From: Octopus bimaculoides
Lineage: Eukaryota
NCBI RefSeq assembly: GCF_001194135.2
Contig: NC_069005.1
Coordinates: forward strand, 4,945,243 to 5,007,266
Direction: 5' to 3'
DNA: 62,024 nucleotides
In this document: positions 52,400 to 62,024 of the stretch, one piece after another
Position numbering within the stretch: the first letter of the stretch is position 1
How the letters are laid out: each line of letters starts with the position of its first letter
Program-made: the position numbers and the translations under genes
The notes under the pieces: model-generated
The model's input: the letters and a program-made list of their open reading frames with translations, nothing else
Told to the model about the DNA's origin: nothing
Database searches by the model: none

Positions 52400-52757
52400 G
52401 AGACGGAAAATCGAATACATGGGGGACTTTGTTGTTCACAACGATCGTTTCGGCATATCGTGCATCGATCCCTCACGGTTCTTCACTGACAGATGCACCA
52501 CAAATAGTACCTATAACGTTGTAACAGAATTTGTCCCTCGCTAATCCTGCCCGAAAAGTTTAAATCTACGGTCACTAACAACATGCTGCATTAAATTCGA
52601 GCGAAACGGTTCATTTAATGAGATACCCCTAATTACATCACCTGACGTGACGACCCTACAAAATGCATAGTTTCCCACCTGCGACGGAGCGATGCAAGAC
52701 GGTTCGAAACGATCGTTGTGAGCAATAAAGTTTCTGGTATATTCCATTTTACGCCTC
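52400..52757. mobile_element. MITE-like foldback element with ~75-bp imperfect inverted arms
   Basis: 52400-52476 versus 52683-52757; a perfect 17-bp core tcacaacgatcgtttcg at 52436-52452 pairs with 52705-52721. Confidence 0.8.
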
Positions 52758-52978
52758 AATCATTTGTTAATTTACTCAGCGTACACCGAAGAATTCCTGG
52801 GGTGGATTCAGCGACAATCGTGTAAAAACGTTGGATGAAGTCAAATAGGCATAGGCTGTGAAAGTATTTTATAGGCGTACTACACATCACACACGCACAT
52901 ATATATAATATATAAGTGTGTATAGATATACGTGTATGATGTTTATATATATAAATATATNNNNNNNNNNTGTGTATG

Positions 52979-53054
<76 letters not shown>

Positions 53055-53292
53055 AATATATATATATTCACACACACATATATGTATGTATGTAAGTATG
53101 TATGTATGAACATTGTTTAACCTCTTTGCTCCACTCTTTTTTCTTTCCATAACCACACTTCACCATTCCCACACGTTCACTGAACACTTTTTGTGACACG
53201 TTTTGTAAGCATGACTAGTCCCTAGTGGTAAATAAATGAAACAATTATTCATCATCACCATCATCATCACCACTATTATTACCATTATTATT

Positions 53293-53346
<54 letters not shown>

Positions 53347-53490
53347 GTTATCGTTGTTGTTCTTGTTCTTTCTGTTGATTTTATAGTTATTAACAATTTT
53401 GTCACAATTATTTTTTTCTTATTATCATTCTGATTGTTATTATCATAATCATCATCGTAATCATCATCATCAACTTTATCATTACCATCA

Positions 53491-53550
<60 letters not shown>

Positions 53551-53914
53551 NNNNNNNNNNNNNNNNNNNNNNNNNNNNNNNNNNNNNNNNNNNNNNNNNN
53601 NNNNNNNNNNNNNNNNNNNNNNNNNNNNNNNNNNNNNNNNNNNNNNNNNNNNNNNNNNNNNNNNNNNNNNNNNNNNNNNNNNNNNNNNNNNNNNNNNNNN
53701 NNNNNNNNNNNNNNNNNNNNNNNNNNNNNNNNNNNNNNNNNNNNNNNNNNNNNNNNNNNNTGCTTTGTTGTTGCCATTGTTGTTGTTGTTATTGTCCTCC
53801 TCCTCCTCCTCCTTCTCCTCCTTCTTCTTCTTCTTCCTACTGTTGTTATCATTAGTTGGGTTCTATTCATTTATTTTTCTTTCTGAACTTCATTCTTTAT
53901 TATTGTGTATCATC

Positions 53915-53970
<56 letters not shown>

Positions 53971-54135
53971 TATAATCAGCATCAGCATCATCAAGAACAT
54001 CATCATCATCATCAGCAGCAGCAGCAGCAGCAACAGCAGCATGGCTTTCAAATTCTTCTGCTTGTTTTTGCATCTCTTGTTATTCTTTTGTTCCTATTAT
54101 TCCCATTTAGCTGCTGATGGAATCCCAACACAATA

Positions 54136-54167
<32 letters not shown>

Positions 54168-54170
54168 TAC

Positions 54171-54254
<84 letters not shown>

Positions 54255-54275
54255 TGATGATGATGATGATGATGA

Positions 54276-54336
54276 TGTAATCCACTAGTTCCCTTCTCCA
54301 AAATTTCATGGTCTTGTGCCTTTAGTAGAAAGAATT
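54276..54336 (+). mobile_element. SINE family A 3'-end fragment
   Basis: cccttctccaaaatttcatggtcttgtgcctttagtagaaagaattatt. Confidence 0.75.
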
Positions 54337-54610
54337 ATTATTATTGTTATTTACTTTTAATCTGCCCGTTTGTCACAGTCACTTGCCGAGACACACCTAG
54401 CGTCCTGGGGCGAGTGAAGGATAAGAGATGCTGCAGTATGACTGAAACCTTGGGGAGGGGAAGTAGCGAAATATTTTCATGTAATACAATACAGACATTT
54501 AAATGGATAGAGTGTTTCTAAGGATGTAGGCAGTACTTGTCAGTACAATCTTTTGCATTTCTCTGAGACATGGTTCTCCTGGTATCTTATCAAGGGCGCC
54601 TACAATAACA

Positions 54611-54727
54611 GTAGATGGTGAATATGCTCCGGAATAATCATTTAAAGATGTTTTTGTTACATGTTGTTATTGTTTTGATGAATAAAATTTGTTGAAAAAA
54701 AGCTGCAATATTTATGCACCAACCCAA
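54611..54727 (+). mobile_element. mariner MITE, one-ended copy of the 47964-48184 family in opposite orientation
   Basis: gtagatggtgaatatgctccggaataatcatttaaagatg...tttatgcaccaacccaa followed by TA; reverse complement of 47964-48075. Confidence 0.85.
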
Positions 54728-54781
54728 TATAAGTGATAATATTCAATTATATCTTTTCTTATATAATATATCATTAAGTTT

Positions 54782-55000
54782 AAGGCGGCGAGCTGGTAGA
54801 AACTTTAGCTCACAGGGTGAAATGTTTAGCGAGTGTTTCGTCTGTCCTTACGTTCTGAGTTCAAATTTTGCCGAGGTCGACTTTACTTTTCATCTTTTCG
54901 AGGTGGATAAATTAAGTAGCAGTTATGTACTGGGTCGATATAATCGACTGGCCGCCTCTCCAAAAATTTCAGGTCTTGTGCCTAGAATAGAAAAGAATAT
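54782..55000 (+). mobile_element. SINE family A, full length
   Basis: aaggcggcgagctggtagaaac...gttctgagttcaaattttgccgaggtcgac...ggtcttgtgcctagaatagaaaagaat. Confidence 0.92.
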
Positions 55001-55469
55001 ATTATTAACTTTCCACACTCCCAGCACATTATCTGCTCTTTGATCATTTCCCCTTTTATATCCATATTAAAAACAGCCCATTCTATTTCTGCTACAAGAA
55101 CAGCTCTTCAATATACGATAACTCATTTATTTACAGCGTTTTTTAAGGATATCATTAAATTTTATTTACAGTAAAATATAACTGTTCTTTCGCTATTTCT
55201 TCTAATGGAGGTAATTTTACTCACGGATTCTTCCTTGTTCTTTCTTCCATTTATATTCCCCAACCGATATCACATATCCTTCTAACGTTTATAATTCCTC
55301 TTAATTACCATTATTATTGTTTTCGGTTTCCTCTTTTTCTCGCTATGTCTCCTTTGTTAATTCTGTCATTCTTTCTCCGTTATTATTAAGCCATTCAATA
55401 TCTGTATTTTCTCCAAAAAATATTATTGTTATCATTTTTCATGTTGTTGTTGTTGTTGTGGTTGTTGTT

Positions 55470-55600
55470 CCGCCGAGGTCGACCTCGCCTTTCAACCTCA
55501 CGGAGGTCCACAAAATAATTACTAGCTGAGCAATGGGGGGCTCGATGTAATCGACTTACCCCTCCCGTGAAAATGTTGGCTTTGTGCCAAAATTTAAAAT
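55470..55600 (+). mobile_element. SINE family A, 5'-truncated
   Basis: cgccgaggtcgacctcgcctttca...ctcgatgtaatcgacttacccctccc...ggctttgtgccaaaattt. Confidence 0.8.
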
Positions 55601-55865
55601 TATCATTATTATTATTATTTTCATTTTTTTTTTCATATCGGTTAGATGACAAATACCTGCCAAACGACATCGAATAAAAGAGAGTAGATGTCGTACAGTA
55701 ATGTTTTTTTAAACATAGCTCCAAGTTCCGCCTCGACTTTATTCATGGCTACAAAAAACAAAAATACATTACTTATATTATTTACATTTGACGGATATTT
55801 GTCCTCATCTTGTTTGTTGTTAACACAACGTTTGGGCTTCATTCGACTAAAAATTCTACAACCAC

Positions 55866-55922
55866 TGCCCCAGCATGGCCGCAGTCTAATGACTGAAACC
55901 AGTAAGATACAATGGATAAAAG
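55866..55922 (+). mobile_element. SINE BC 3'-end fragment
   Basis: cccagcatggccgcagtctaatgactgaaaccagtaaga. Confidence 0.75.
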
Positions 55923-55937
55923 ATGTACGCACAACAC

Positions 55938-56113
55938 TAATGACTGTCGCCATTTCAACATGGCTGTTCCGTAACGACCGATGTCATTACCATTTATAAC
56001 CTCAAGAGGACGCCTCCTCCAGCTGATTATCGAGGCAGTCTGGTAGAAGGGTTTAAAATGGTAGTAACGTCGGTCCGTACGGAACAGCCATGTTGAAGTA
56101 GCGGCAGACATTA
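55938..56113. mobile_element. 176-bp palindromic (foldback) element, probably a MITE
   Basis: 64-bp arms at 55938-56001 and 56050-56113 match at 53/64 by my count, around a 48-bp spacer; the element starts and ends with TA. Confidence 0.8.
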
Positions 56114-56187
56114 CTTCCTGGTATAGTTACTATTTTAATCTCTTATAGAGATTTTCTAACTAGCTATTTTGCTCCTTGAGATATGTA

Positions 56188-57039
56188 CAGGGCGCGGTGA
56201 ATATATTGTTGTCTAAATTACGCAAAAATGAAAATAACACTGACATTTCATTTTAACAGACATATTTACCAAAATTACATACAAATATTTTGAAATACTA
56301 AAGAGTAAATTTATTCAATAAAATCGCCATTGGCTTCAACCACAGCCTCCAGACGACTTCGGAATCTCCTGCAACTCTCCTGGACGGTCTCCTGGTTCAA
56401 GTTGGTGAATGATGGTATAATCCTTGCCTTCAGTTCATCTTTGGTGTTACAAGGAGTTTTGTTGGTCTCTCACTCAACTGCGCCCTATACATAATAATCA
56501 AGGGGGTTGCAGTCTGGAAAGTTATGTGGCCAGACTCTAGGGGCGATGTGATCACAGAAATTGTCTGGCAGCCATGACTGGGTTCTCCTGCTTGTGTAGC
56601 ATGGTGCAGAGTCCTGTTGCCAAACATAGGGTCTTCCAGCAACCACCCTCTTGAACCAGGACAGCACTGTCTCCTCCAGGAACTTGATATAGGCCTCCAT
56701 GTTGAGTGTGAGGCCGTTGGAAAAATGAATGGAGGCATAACGTCGCAATCAAACTGATGTTGACTGCATGTTTGATTTTTATCACTCTCGGTACATGTCC
56801 TCAGATTGTCATCCAAACACTCTGAAATGTTCGTATTGGAGTTTCGGTGCGAATGCCAAACAGTACAGCATCTCGTTTCCAAATTTCTGTTAGAGTGAAA
56901 TGCGTCATGGCGCTGTTCTTCTCACAGACGGTTCCCAGCCGACCATACCATAATGTGTAATCGACAAAATCAAAAACAACCAATGCGCATACACGTAATT
57001 AAAAATATAAAATGGCAACAATTCACCCATCGCACCCTG
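56188..57039 (-). mobile_element. Tc1/mariner DD37D (maT) transposon, internally deleted, 852 bp
   Basis: TIRs caggg(c/t)gcg(g/a)tg...attgttg(t/c)c with TA at 56186-56187 and 57040-57041, enclosing a transposase remnant. Confidence 0.93.
56311..56908 (-). pseudogene. Disrupted DD37D transposase
   Basis: ...YVWQQDSAPCYTSRRTQSWLPDNFCDHIAPRVWPHNFPDCNPLDYYV*GAVE*ETNK...RLEAVVEANGDFIE*. There are 37 residues between the D of QQDSAP and the D of NPLD. Stops and frameshifts are present, and the N-terminal MTHFTLTEIWKR is fused directly to VPRVIKIKH. Confidence 0.9.
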
Positions 57040-57558
57040 TATATATACTCATCAAAGACAATTCAAAAAGAGAAAATCTAGCAAAAATAAGAGAATTAGG
57101 AAAATGAATACAATAGTAAAATTATGGAATACCAAAACTGAATATATATAAAGAAATATATAATGAATAATGATAAAGTAATTACAATAGACGGAGGAAT
57201 ATTTTCATAATGGAAACGTAATATTTTATAGATATACGGATTTATAAAGATATACGAATTTATAAATAAAATGCTACATTGATTATATTATGCAGATATG
57301 AAGATATACAAAGATAATAAACCGGTCCTGGAAACTAAGCATCATGAATAAAATAATATATGGCTGAATATAACATCATAGTGTACATACATACATACAT
57401 ACATCCAACCCATCCATATATATATACATCGAATGTATATGTGTGCAAGAATATGTCGACATATGTGTACACATTTTATATATAGATATATATTATATAT
57501 ACATATATTCACATAGTTTATAGATAAATACATGTATATATATGTATATGCATATCTA

Positions 57559-57600
<42 letters not shown>

Positions 57601-57889
57601 AAAACGAAGTGTGGAGATTTATTCGCATGCAAAACATTTTATTAAAAAACTTTTCTACTGCATATTTAACAATGACCAGCATATGTTTCTACATCAGCAA
57701 CTACACATTGCTTTGTATATAAAGCATTTTTTTTTTTACATTAATTCACAAATTAATCTGATGCATGAAGTGTTCCTCCTTCGATGTTATTTGCGGAAAG
57801 ATTATGTTTATTGTTAATACATAACTTTAAGTGTAGTTGAGGTGGGGCGAATACCAACATCATAGTTTCTGTAATTGCTATATCTTATT

Positions 57890-58025
57890 TCTTTTATTAC
57901 TTTCAATCTTTAGACTACGGCTATGCTAGGAATCGCCTTGTAAATTCTTAGTCCTGCAAATTACTGTAAGTTCTTAATTCACCATTAATTCTACCGATGT
58001 CTATTTGCTGAACCACGACGATATA
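57890..58025 (-). mobile_element. Highly decayed SINE BC 3' half
   Basis: tcttttattactttcaatctttagactacggctatgctaggaatcgccttg...ctatttgctgaacc resembles 13561-13700. Confidence 0.45.
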
Positions 58026-59096
58026 CAGCATGTTTATATAGGTTATATGTTTGTCTTCTAAGATACAAAGTTGTTGGTATCACACTATTGAAATTGCGTC
58101 CAGAAGTTGAGTAGAGATAAATTTAGCTCAAATCGGTTATAATCGACACTGCTTTTTGCGAAATTAGAAGTGGTAACTATCTAAGTTTATATATATATTT
58201 TTTTTTTTTGCTTTTTGTTAAAACTCTTGCAGTATTTGAATAAAAGAATAGAGGGACATATGAAGAGCCCCAAGAAAATGTTGGTAATAAATGCAGATAC
58301 AGAGACGTTTAGAATAATATTGGATGCTTTTTTCCGTTTGCTTCTGTAATTTCCGAGTTAGTTGTTACAGTATTGTTGTGCAATGTTTCATTATACTATT
58401 TTGCCGTGGAATCGTCTGCTTACTAAAACATTATTATAAGCTGAGAAATCTTTGGAAACTGCTTCTCTCTCTCTCTGTTATATATATATATATATATNNN
58501 NNNNNNNNNNNNNNNNNNNNNNNNNNNNNNNNNNNNNNNNNNNNNNNNNNNNNNNNNNNNNNNNNNNNNNNNNNNNNNNNNNNNNNNNNNNNNNNNNNNN
58601 NNNNNNNNNNNNNNNNNNNNNNNNNNNNNNNNNNNNNNNNNNNNNNNNNNNNNNNNNNNNNNNNNNNNNNNNNNNNNNNNNNNNNNNNNNNNNNNNNNNN
58701 NNNNNNNNNNNNNNNNNNNNNNNNNNNNNNNNNNNNNNNNNNNNNNNNNNNNNNNNNNNNNNNNNNNNNNNNNNNNNNNNNNNNNNNNNNNNNNNNNNNN
58801 NNNNNNNNNNNNNNNNNNNNNNNNNNNNNNNNNNNNNNNNNNNNNNNNNNNNNNNNNNNNNNNNNNNNNNNNNNNNNNNNNNNNNNNNNNNNNNNNNNNN
58901 NNNNNNNNNNNNNNNNNNNNNNNNNNNNNNNNNNNNNNNNNNNNNNNNNNNNNNNNNNNNNNNNNNNNNNNNNNNNNNNNNNNNNNNNNNNNNNNNNNNN
59001 NNNNNNNNNNNNNNNNNNNNNNNNNNNNNNNNNNNNNNNNNNNNNNNNNNNNNNNNNNNNNNNNNNNNNNNNNNNNNNNNNNNNNNNNNNNNNNNN

Positions 59097-59140
<44 letters not shown>

Positions 59141-59152
59141 AACATGCAAACA

Positions 59153-59185
<33 letters not shown>

Positions 59186-60330
59186 CCGACCCTCTCCAGA
59201 CATACATGAACTGGCACTTCTGGCTTTGCAAGAAATAAACTAAAATGTCACAGAGGTCGGACAGTCCATGAATCAAGTTTTTGGCCTGAGATTGACCTTT
59301 TGTCCAATGATAAAATATTTGATTCCCCAACCAATCACTAGTTTTTCTCCAAGGAATATGCTTATCTTCCACTGTTTTTCTCATTTGTGAATATACCCAT
59401 CACAACATACCATTTGCATACATAGGATACAAATACACACACACACACGCACACACACACACACACGCATACACACACACACACACACATACACACACAC
59501 ACACATATATGTAGGTATATATGTATTTCTCCCCCTGCTCCAAAACTCTCCCTCTATATATGTATATGTATGTGTGTGTGTGTGTGTGAACAAAATATAC
59601 AATATGTATTTACAATATATATATATATATATATATACTCATATATATATATGATATATATATACATGTATATGTATATATATGTATGTGTATATATATA
59701 TATANNNNNNNNNNNNNNNNNNNNNNNNNNNNNNNNNNNNNNNNNNNNNNNNNNNNNNNNNNNNNNNNNNNNNNNNNNNNNNNNNNNNNNNNNNNNNNNN
59801 NNNNNNNNNNNNNNNNNNNNNNNNNNNNNNNNNNNNNNNNNNNNNNNNNNNNNNNNNNNNNNNNNNNNNNNNNNNNNNNNNNNNNNNNNNNNNNNNNNNN
59901 NNNNNNNNNNNNNNNNNNNNNNNNNNNNNNNNNNNNNNNNNNNNNNNNNNNNNNNNNNNNNNNNNNNNNNNNNNNNNNNNNNNNNNNNNNNNNNNNNNNN
60001 NNNNNNNNNNNNNNNNNNNNNNNNNNNNNNNNNNNNNNNNNNNNNNNNNNNNNNNNNNNNNNNNNNNNNNNNNNNNNNNNNNNNNNNNNNNNNNNNNNNN
60101 NNNNNNNNNNNNNNNNNNNNNNNNNNNNNNNNNNNNNNNNNNNNNNNNNNNNNNNNNNNNNNNNNNNNNNNNNNNNNNNNNNNNNNNNNNNNNNNNNNNN
60201 NNNNNNNNNNNNNNNNNNNNNNNNNNNNNNNNNNNNNNNNNNNNNNNNNNNNNNNNNNNNNNNNNNNNNNNNNNNNNNNNNNNNNNNNNNNNNNNNNNNN
60301 NNNNNNNNNNNNNNNNNNNNNNNNNNNNNN

Positions 60331-60363
<33 letters not shown>

Positions 60364-60917
60364 TACACATATATATATATATACACATATATACACATAC
60401 ATGCGCACAGACAAATAGTATTAAGAAAATGGAGAAAATATGTCTATTTACTGCTTTCTTCGGAATTTATATGTCTGTGTTTGGCTTTATGTTTTTATGT
60501 CTGTCTATCTGTCTGTCTGTCTCTTTATCTATCTCTCTGTCTGTCTATGTGTCTACTTCATGTGTACGTTTGTGATAGCTTCTTCTTCCTTATTTACTGC
60601 TTGGAACTGCTGATAAGAAATAGCATTCGTTAAATTTAACATCAGCCATTAAATATGTATTCATCACGAGTTCTAGTAACAGCGAGTGAGAAACAGAGAG
60701 AAAGAGACAGACAGACAGACAGACAAAGACAGAGACAAACAAACAGGCAGACAGACAGACACAGATTGCTACGAACAGACAGACAGAGAGATACAGATAG
60801 AGAAAGAAAGACAGAGAGATAGAGAGATAGAGACATAGGCAGCATTGCACGCGAAAACCTGATACTTGTGAGTTGGTGCTCAATACAAGCTTCTAAAATC
60901 AAATAATTTCTTGGGAC

Positions 60918-61091
60918 GGCGTGGTGGCGGAATCGTTAGTATGCCGGGTGAAATACTTCACGGTATTGCCTTCTGAGTTCAAATTCCACCGACGTCGTCT
61001 TTGACTTTCATCCTTTCGGGGTCGATAAATTAAGTAGCAGTTGTGTACTAGGGTTGATGTAATCGACTTGCCCGCTCCGTCAAAATTTCAG
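60918..61091 (+). mobile_element. SINE family A
   Basis: ggcggaatcgttagtatgccgggtgaaat...ttctgagttcaaattccaccgacgtcg...ggggtcgataaattaagtagcagttg...aaaatttcag. Confidence 0.88.
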
Positions 61092-61181
61092 CACCGAGTG
61101 TTTTACGTACACCTAGGGCAGAGTACGGAAAACAATCGGCAAGAAATGCAAGAAAATTTGAAGAAAGAAGAAAAAAAATTA

Positions 61182-61216
<35 letters not shown>

Positions 61217-61660
61217 GAGCGTGGGAGCCATGCATGCTATTGAAGTGATACTGGGATATATTATACGAAACACAGTATTCCCATCATGACCATCCGTCTG
61301 ATAAGGGTACACCAGGCACATGCATTACAACCATACGTGCACGACACGTTGATCTCATAAAAAACGCATGAAATTACAGGTGGAGGCCCAGTTAGAATTT
61401 TGAGAGGCCCATCCCGTTCAAAAGGACCCTGAATAAAGGGTTGCTTAATGATGTTGAACGAAACACCTACGTTTCCAAGGGTGAATTATTCAAAACACAA
61501 AGAATTCCTCTCAACACATGGCTATCATGTTTCTCCACTACTTCTGCACGTGATCAGAGATGCACATATCGTCAACCACCAAGGGACATGCTCAACTTGT
61601 TAAGGTCAAACAACTGACAAGCAAACATTTGGTATTGAGCAGAATATTTGCTCTAGCCCA
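61217..61660 (-). mobile_element. Unclassified retroposon family E, copy 2, embedded in (TAT)n
   Basis: Colinear with 3167-3650; (TAT)n tracts on both sides (61181-61216 and 61661-61770). Confidence 0.85.
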
Positions 61661-61682
61661 TTATTATTATTATCATCATCAC

Positions 61683-61733
<51 letters not shown>

Positions 61734-62024
61734 CATTATTATTATTATTATTTATTATTATTATTATTCGTTATACAGGATGTACGACGATGTTTCTAAA
61801 CACCTGCAGTTTCTTGTACTACATTACTAATCTTCCATCGTAAAACGCAGCCGCAAAGCTAAACACACAAAAAAACAGTGATGACGATGATGATGATGGG
61901 ATGATGATGATTATGATGATGAGGTGGTGCTGGTGTTGGTGGTGATGGAGGTAGTAGTAGCGATTATATGGAGAATTATGCGATTAGTGTACTTATGTTG
62001 ATGGTACTGAAGATATAGTTGATG

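Noticed and set aside
52541-52759. 72-aa ORF MRRKMEYTRNFIAHNDRF... as a gene
   Set aside because: It lies wholly within a foldback MITE-like element and starts in its inverted arm.
59190-59400. Open minus frame MRKTVEDKHIPWRKTSDW...
   Set aside because: No recognisable homology; the ORF length is inflated by the adjoining microsatellite and gap.

Overview
This is eukaryotic, repeat-saturated, non-coding DNA from a gappy draft assembly; roughly a fifth of the window is N and almost every gap is flanked by a microsatellite. The repeat repertoire and a mitochondrial ND5 fragment point to an octopus (inference; no database search possible). I found no intact host protein-coding gene, rRNA, CRISPR array or prokaryotic system. 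Nearly all long entries in the ORF track are translated microsatellites or N-runs. What can be supported: (1) a ~215-bp nuclear copy of mitochondrial ND5 (NUMT) at 17810-18025, joined to a SINE; (2) three tRNA-headed SINE families, here called A, BC and D, in about 30 copies or fragments, where BC is bipartite and carries an internal microsatellite; (3) two 3' fragments of restriction-like-endonuclease (RLE) non-LTR retrotransposons, one R4/Dong-like ending in TAA repeats and one bracketed by identical CATA-repeat flanks; (4) a decayed CR1/L2-like ORF2 fossil; (5) an internally deleted DD37D (maT) Tc1/mariner element with TIRs and TA duplication; (6) mariner-, piggyBac- and unclassified MITE-like foldback elements; (7) an unclassified ~550-bp retroposon (family E, two copies); (8) a decayed tRNA-Glu-like relic. 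I do not see a convincing novel gene system. The most interesting signals are the NUMT-SINE junction, the apparent microsatellite targeting and seeding by retroelements, and the dense foldback elements. Family labels A/BC/D/E are my own, and decayed-element boundaries are approximate to about 10 bp.
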